This document shows, in pieces, positions 62,301 through 64,000 of a stretch of DNA of 64,000 nucleotides. How positions within the stretch are numbered: position 1 is the stretch's first letter; each line of letters opens with the position of its first letter. A program made the position numbers and the translations under genes. The notes beneath the pieces are model-generated. The model had not been told where the DNA came from. It did no database searches and saw only the letters and a program-made list of their open reading frames with translations. This DNA is from Porphyridium purpureum (taxonomy: Eukaryota). The stretch covers positions 1,736,001-1,800,000 of the forward strand of contig VRMN01000004.1 in NCBI GenBank assembly GCA_008690995.1. Reading direction: 5' to 3'.

Positions 62301-62620
62301 TCAAACGCGGATTCGAAGTTGGCGACCAAGTGCTGATTACGGCACCACAACTGCGACCAGGAAAAGCTAACCTGGAAAGTCAGCGCTTTCTCGGCCCCGT
62401 ACGCATCGTCGAAAAGATCAGCAGTCACGCCTATCGAGTCAAATTGCCGGAAGGGTTGACTTGCCATGATGTCTTTCCGATCCAACACATGAAGCCATAC
62501 TACAGTCGAAACGAACGAACTTTAGGGGAAAATGATGACGAAGTACCCGACCAAGATATCCTTGCGTTAGAGTCCGAACCGGACTTGCTACGACTCATTG
62601 ACCAATCAGACACTGACTAG
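59342..62620 (+). CDS. pol of element 3 (PR-RT-RNase H-integrase)
   Basis: LLDSGASHNF, CVDYRALN, YLDD, TDHEAL, GHRG..CHAC, MDF, SDRD, QTDGQTER and RFLGP. First ATG at 59357. Confidence 0.97.
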   Translation, partial: FRVAQMDGKKEPHLSKTVLQARVGALGNANYMIRVQGSVDCVNLPLLLDSGASHNFLSHRILRGIPHLKDKFTSHGGSVTLADGSSTNTFGMVQGVKVMIDGTEQSINFVVCDLKDQDAILGMEWLRASNPDIDWVEGRVRLRKKASSENVNTNKVITWKELRQLLRGEGLQECFLGVLKTTSVKEDSVRTEDTEKLVREFEGLFEEPQSLPPDRKVNHTIKLKDEKPVRVGRVYRLSPSELEALRESLNDLLKRGFIRPSRSPFGAPVLFVKKKDGSLRMCVDYRALNDVTIKDRYPLPNMEEMLDQLRHAKYFSKLDLFSGYHQILVEPDDVKKTAFQTRYGLFEFLVMPFGLCNAPATFQRTMNELFADLLDTTVVVYLDDILVYTKDEESHVTALREVFSRLQKAGYKLKGKKCSFFVQEVEYLGNIVGNGVIKMDPRKINALKEWPEPRTVTELRSFLGMTNWFRRFVKGYSTVVAPLTQLLQNVKSKTQMIELNTQAKEAFRSIICHLSEAPVLALPDPEKPFEVYTDRSEVAVGGWLAQENRPVAFTSRKLLDRETRYSSYEGELLAVIHCLKEFRCYLYGAKFTLHTDHEALKHLLTQKELNSRQARWTDFLAEFDITIDYVKGKSNVVADALSRRPHLGTLEYQVRSDEFGVNFVDFKDEYAKDEDFAALVAEVPEHQGFRLSRGILYLKGRVCVPQKFRTRVMELHHDIPVAGHRGADTTYASLIQRFYWPKMKHEVRRFVKTCHACQVTKSENRSYGLLKPLPIADGPWLDIAMDFVTELPRSEGKCDAILTVVDRYSKMALFIPTKKELTAPKCGDLFVKHVVSRFGYPRSIVSDRDTLFTSAFWQQLSKRVGMNLAMSTANHPQTDGQTERVNRVIREMLKMMATSTTWVRDLPLYEFAYNSAPSSSTGHAPFKVVYGREPWYPPAGGWTHAQHGQTKDLAKHWHRLCQVQEEVRDNLVEAQRRMQKFFDRTKIKRGFEVGDQVLITAPQLRPGKANLESQRFLGPVRIVEKISSHAYRVKLPEGLTCHDVFPIQHMKPYYSRNERTLGENDDEVPDQDILALESEPDLLRLIDQSDTD

Positions 62621-62723
62621 TTATGTGAATCTGCCGAGCAGAGGTTTTCTCCCGGTGCGCGGGTTCCTCGAGCTCAGAAAGCAGAAATTATTGTTTTGCC
62701 GGACACTCGTCGAGACGTCGAGT

Positions 62724-62738
62724 GAAGCCGGGGGGAAA
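62724..62738 (+). other. Polypurine tract of element 3
   Basis: GAAGCCGGGGGGAAA directly before the 3' LTR. Confidence 0.85.
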
Positions 62739-63074
62739 TGTTATCCGCCGACCCCGCGGATACCTAGTCTTGCGGGATCCTTGCTGTGGCCTTGCTGTGG
62801 CCTTGCTGTGGCCTTGCTGCGGCCTTGCTGGAACCTTGCTGTGGCCTTGCTGGAACCTTGCTGGAACCTTGCTGGAACCTTGCTGTGGCCTTGCTGGTGC
62901 ACTGTCATTTTTCTCACAGTGCTACCCGGCGAGCTGGAGAACACGGGGCGGCAGTCTATATAAAGGCGTGGAGACCCGCGAGCAGGCTCGGGGACAGAAA
63001 GGAAGAAGAGAGAGAGGTAGCGAAGGGGAGAGAAGAAGGAGAGGAAAAGTAAAAGGAAAAGGAGGTTCATAACA
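62739..63074 (+). repeat. 3' LTR of element 3
   Basis: Same 336-bp sequence as 57676-58011. Confidence 0.98.
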
Positions 63075-63635
63075 ACCAGCCTGTGATGGCCAATTTGTAC
63101 GCGTCGCTGCCGAAACGAATATTCGACTGTGCGTGTCTTCAAGGCGCGTACGTGCAAGGAAACCGCGACCAATTCCGATTCTCTATGGCTGAGTAATGGC
63201 CATAAATGTGCCGTGTCCCCTATCCGTTTCGACCTATTCCACATTCCCTTTTCACCGGACCTCTTTCCCTTTTATAGTAAAGCAGATCATTTTACTAGTA
63301 AAACTTGAAAAAAGGTACTGTCCCCTATTTGATTTGGTCGCACTTTATTCGCTGGAGCATTGTTGCCGCCTATCGCTGGCGCGTCTGAAGCGGGCATTTG
63401 ACCGGCTACATGTCTGTAATTTGGCTCTTGAAAAACATGTGGCGATATTTGACTTGCAGGATTATGCTTTGGGACTTTTATTCGCCGAAAATCATTTGAT
63501 CGGGCGAGATATCTCTGTACCCGTGACATGTACGCGTCCTTGTTGGTACTTCTCGCCGTCCAAAGCATACTGTACATGACTTCCGGGGCCCTAGCAAAAT
63601 ACCGTGTCAACCTCGAGGCCGGTGCTTGCAAACTA

Positions 63636-64000
63636 TGTCAAGAATGCGAGGTGCACACTCGCGTGGGTACAGTTGCGTCAGGTGAGGACAAACCGTGGGA
63701 AGGTGCCGGTCCCGCTCGTCGGTGGGATCCGGCGGGCTTGATGTGATGTGATGTGACTTGACTAGTGTGGCACATGATACTGATGCAGTGTGGCACTGGA
63801 TACGGATACGGCGTGACTCGCACGTGCCAGAGCGCATCACCAAGCACCCGGTGGGCGTCTATATAACGAGGCGCGGTCGCGCACTCATGGCGGGGAGGAA
63901 CAGGCGTAAGAGTAAGGACGATGGAATAGAGACTTCTTGGTTAAAGGTTTGGTTTGAGATAGTCGTCTGCCCTTTTCGTGTGTCTCCAGTAGTGGAGTAC
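63636..64000 (+). repeat. Possible start of a further LTR running off the window
   Basis: TGTCAAG start, short repeats (GATGT x3), TATATAA at ~63860 and a purine-rich tract. The layout resembles the element 3 LTR. Confidence 0.3.

Larger units (their letters stand above)
57676..63074 (+). mobile_element. Complete, intact Ty3/gypsy LTR retrotransposon (element 3, Tf/chromovirus-like RT)
   Basis: 336-bp LTRs identical by eye, 5-bp TSD ACCAG (57671-57675 and 63075-63079), PBS, PPT and uninterrupted gag and pol. Confidence 0.98.
56749..63196 (+). pseudogene. Tc3-like transposase, interrupted at 57676-63079
   Basis: VFTDEKKFNLDGPDG, FQQDNAPVH and SPDFNIIENL, with D-E spacing of 34. The probable start is mutated to ACG (56749), and TGA replaces W at 57574. 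The frame resumes at 63080 (PVMANLYASLPKRIF) and ends at TAA 63194-63196. Confidence 0.92.
56500..63347 (+). mobile_element. Tc1/mariner (Tc3-like, DD34E) DNA transposon, split by element 3
   Basis: 31-bp inverted repeats at 56500-56530 and 63317-63347 (28/31 match, terminal TA). Inner copies of the GGATAGGGGACA core occur at ~56641 and 63214. Confidence 0.92.

Overview
Eukaryotic, intron-poor, gene-dense DNA, most consistent with a unicellular red alga (Porphyridium-like). This is inferred from the MAF/MAAF-type plastid transit peptides, intronless genes and plant-type heme oxygenase. Positions 1-30000 hold housekeeping and organellar genes, often in divergent pairs: MRS2, a SWIB protein, REV7, a CASTOR/POLLUX-like channel, NIT2, RPS27, RPN3, an SDR, an RWP-RK factor, a METTL21-like methyltransferase, RPL4, BolA, a Nei glycosylase and HO1. 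A decayed FO-synthase (cofH) gene lies at the left end. Positions 31500-37800 are degenerate Ty3/gypsy remnants. Positions 38000-50000 hold a bacterial-type PD-(D/E)XK nuclease with 38-aa FSLD repeats, NVL/Rix7 and two tandem PPR-like paralogs. Positions 50800-64000 are a transposon nest: a near-intact gypsy element, a Tc3-like DD34E transposon in its leader, and an intact gypsy element with identical LTRs inside the Tc3 transposase. The most notable signals are the RmuC/DUF2130-like nuclease, the same -1 frameshift cassette design in two dissimilar retroelements, a Val-nucleophile Nei-SAP fusion, and a recurrent GTACAGT promoter motif. All family calls come from recalled motifs; no database search was run.
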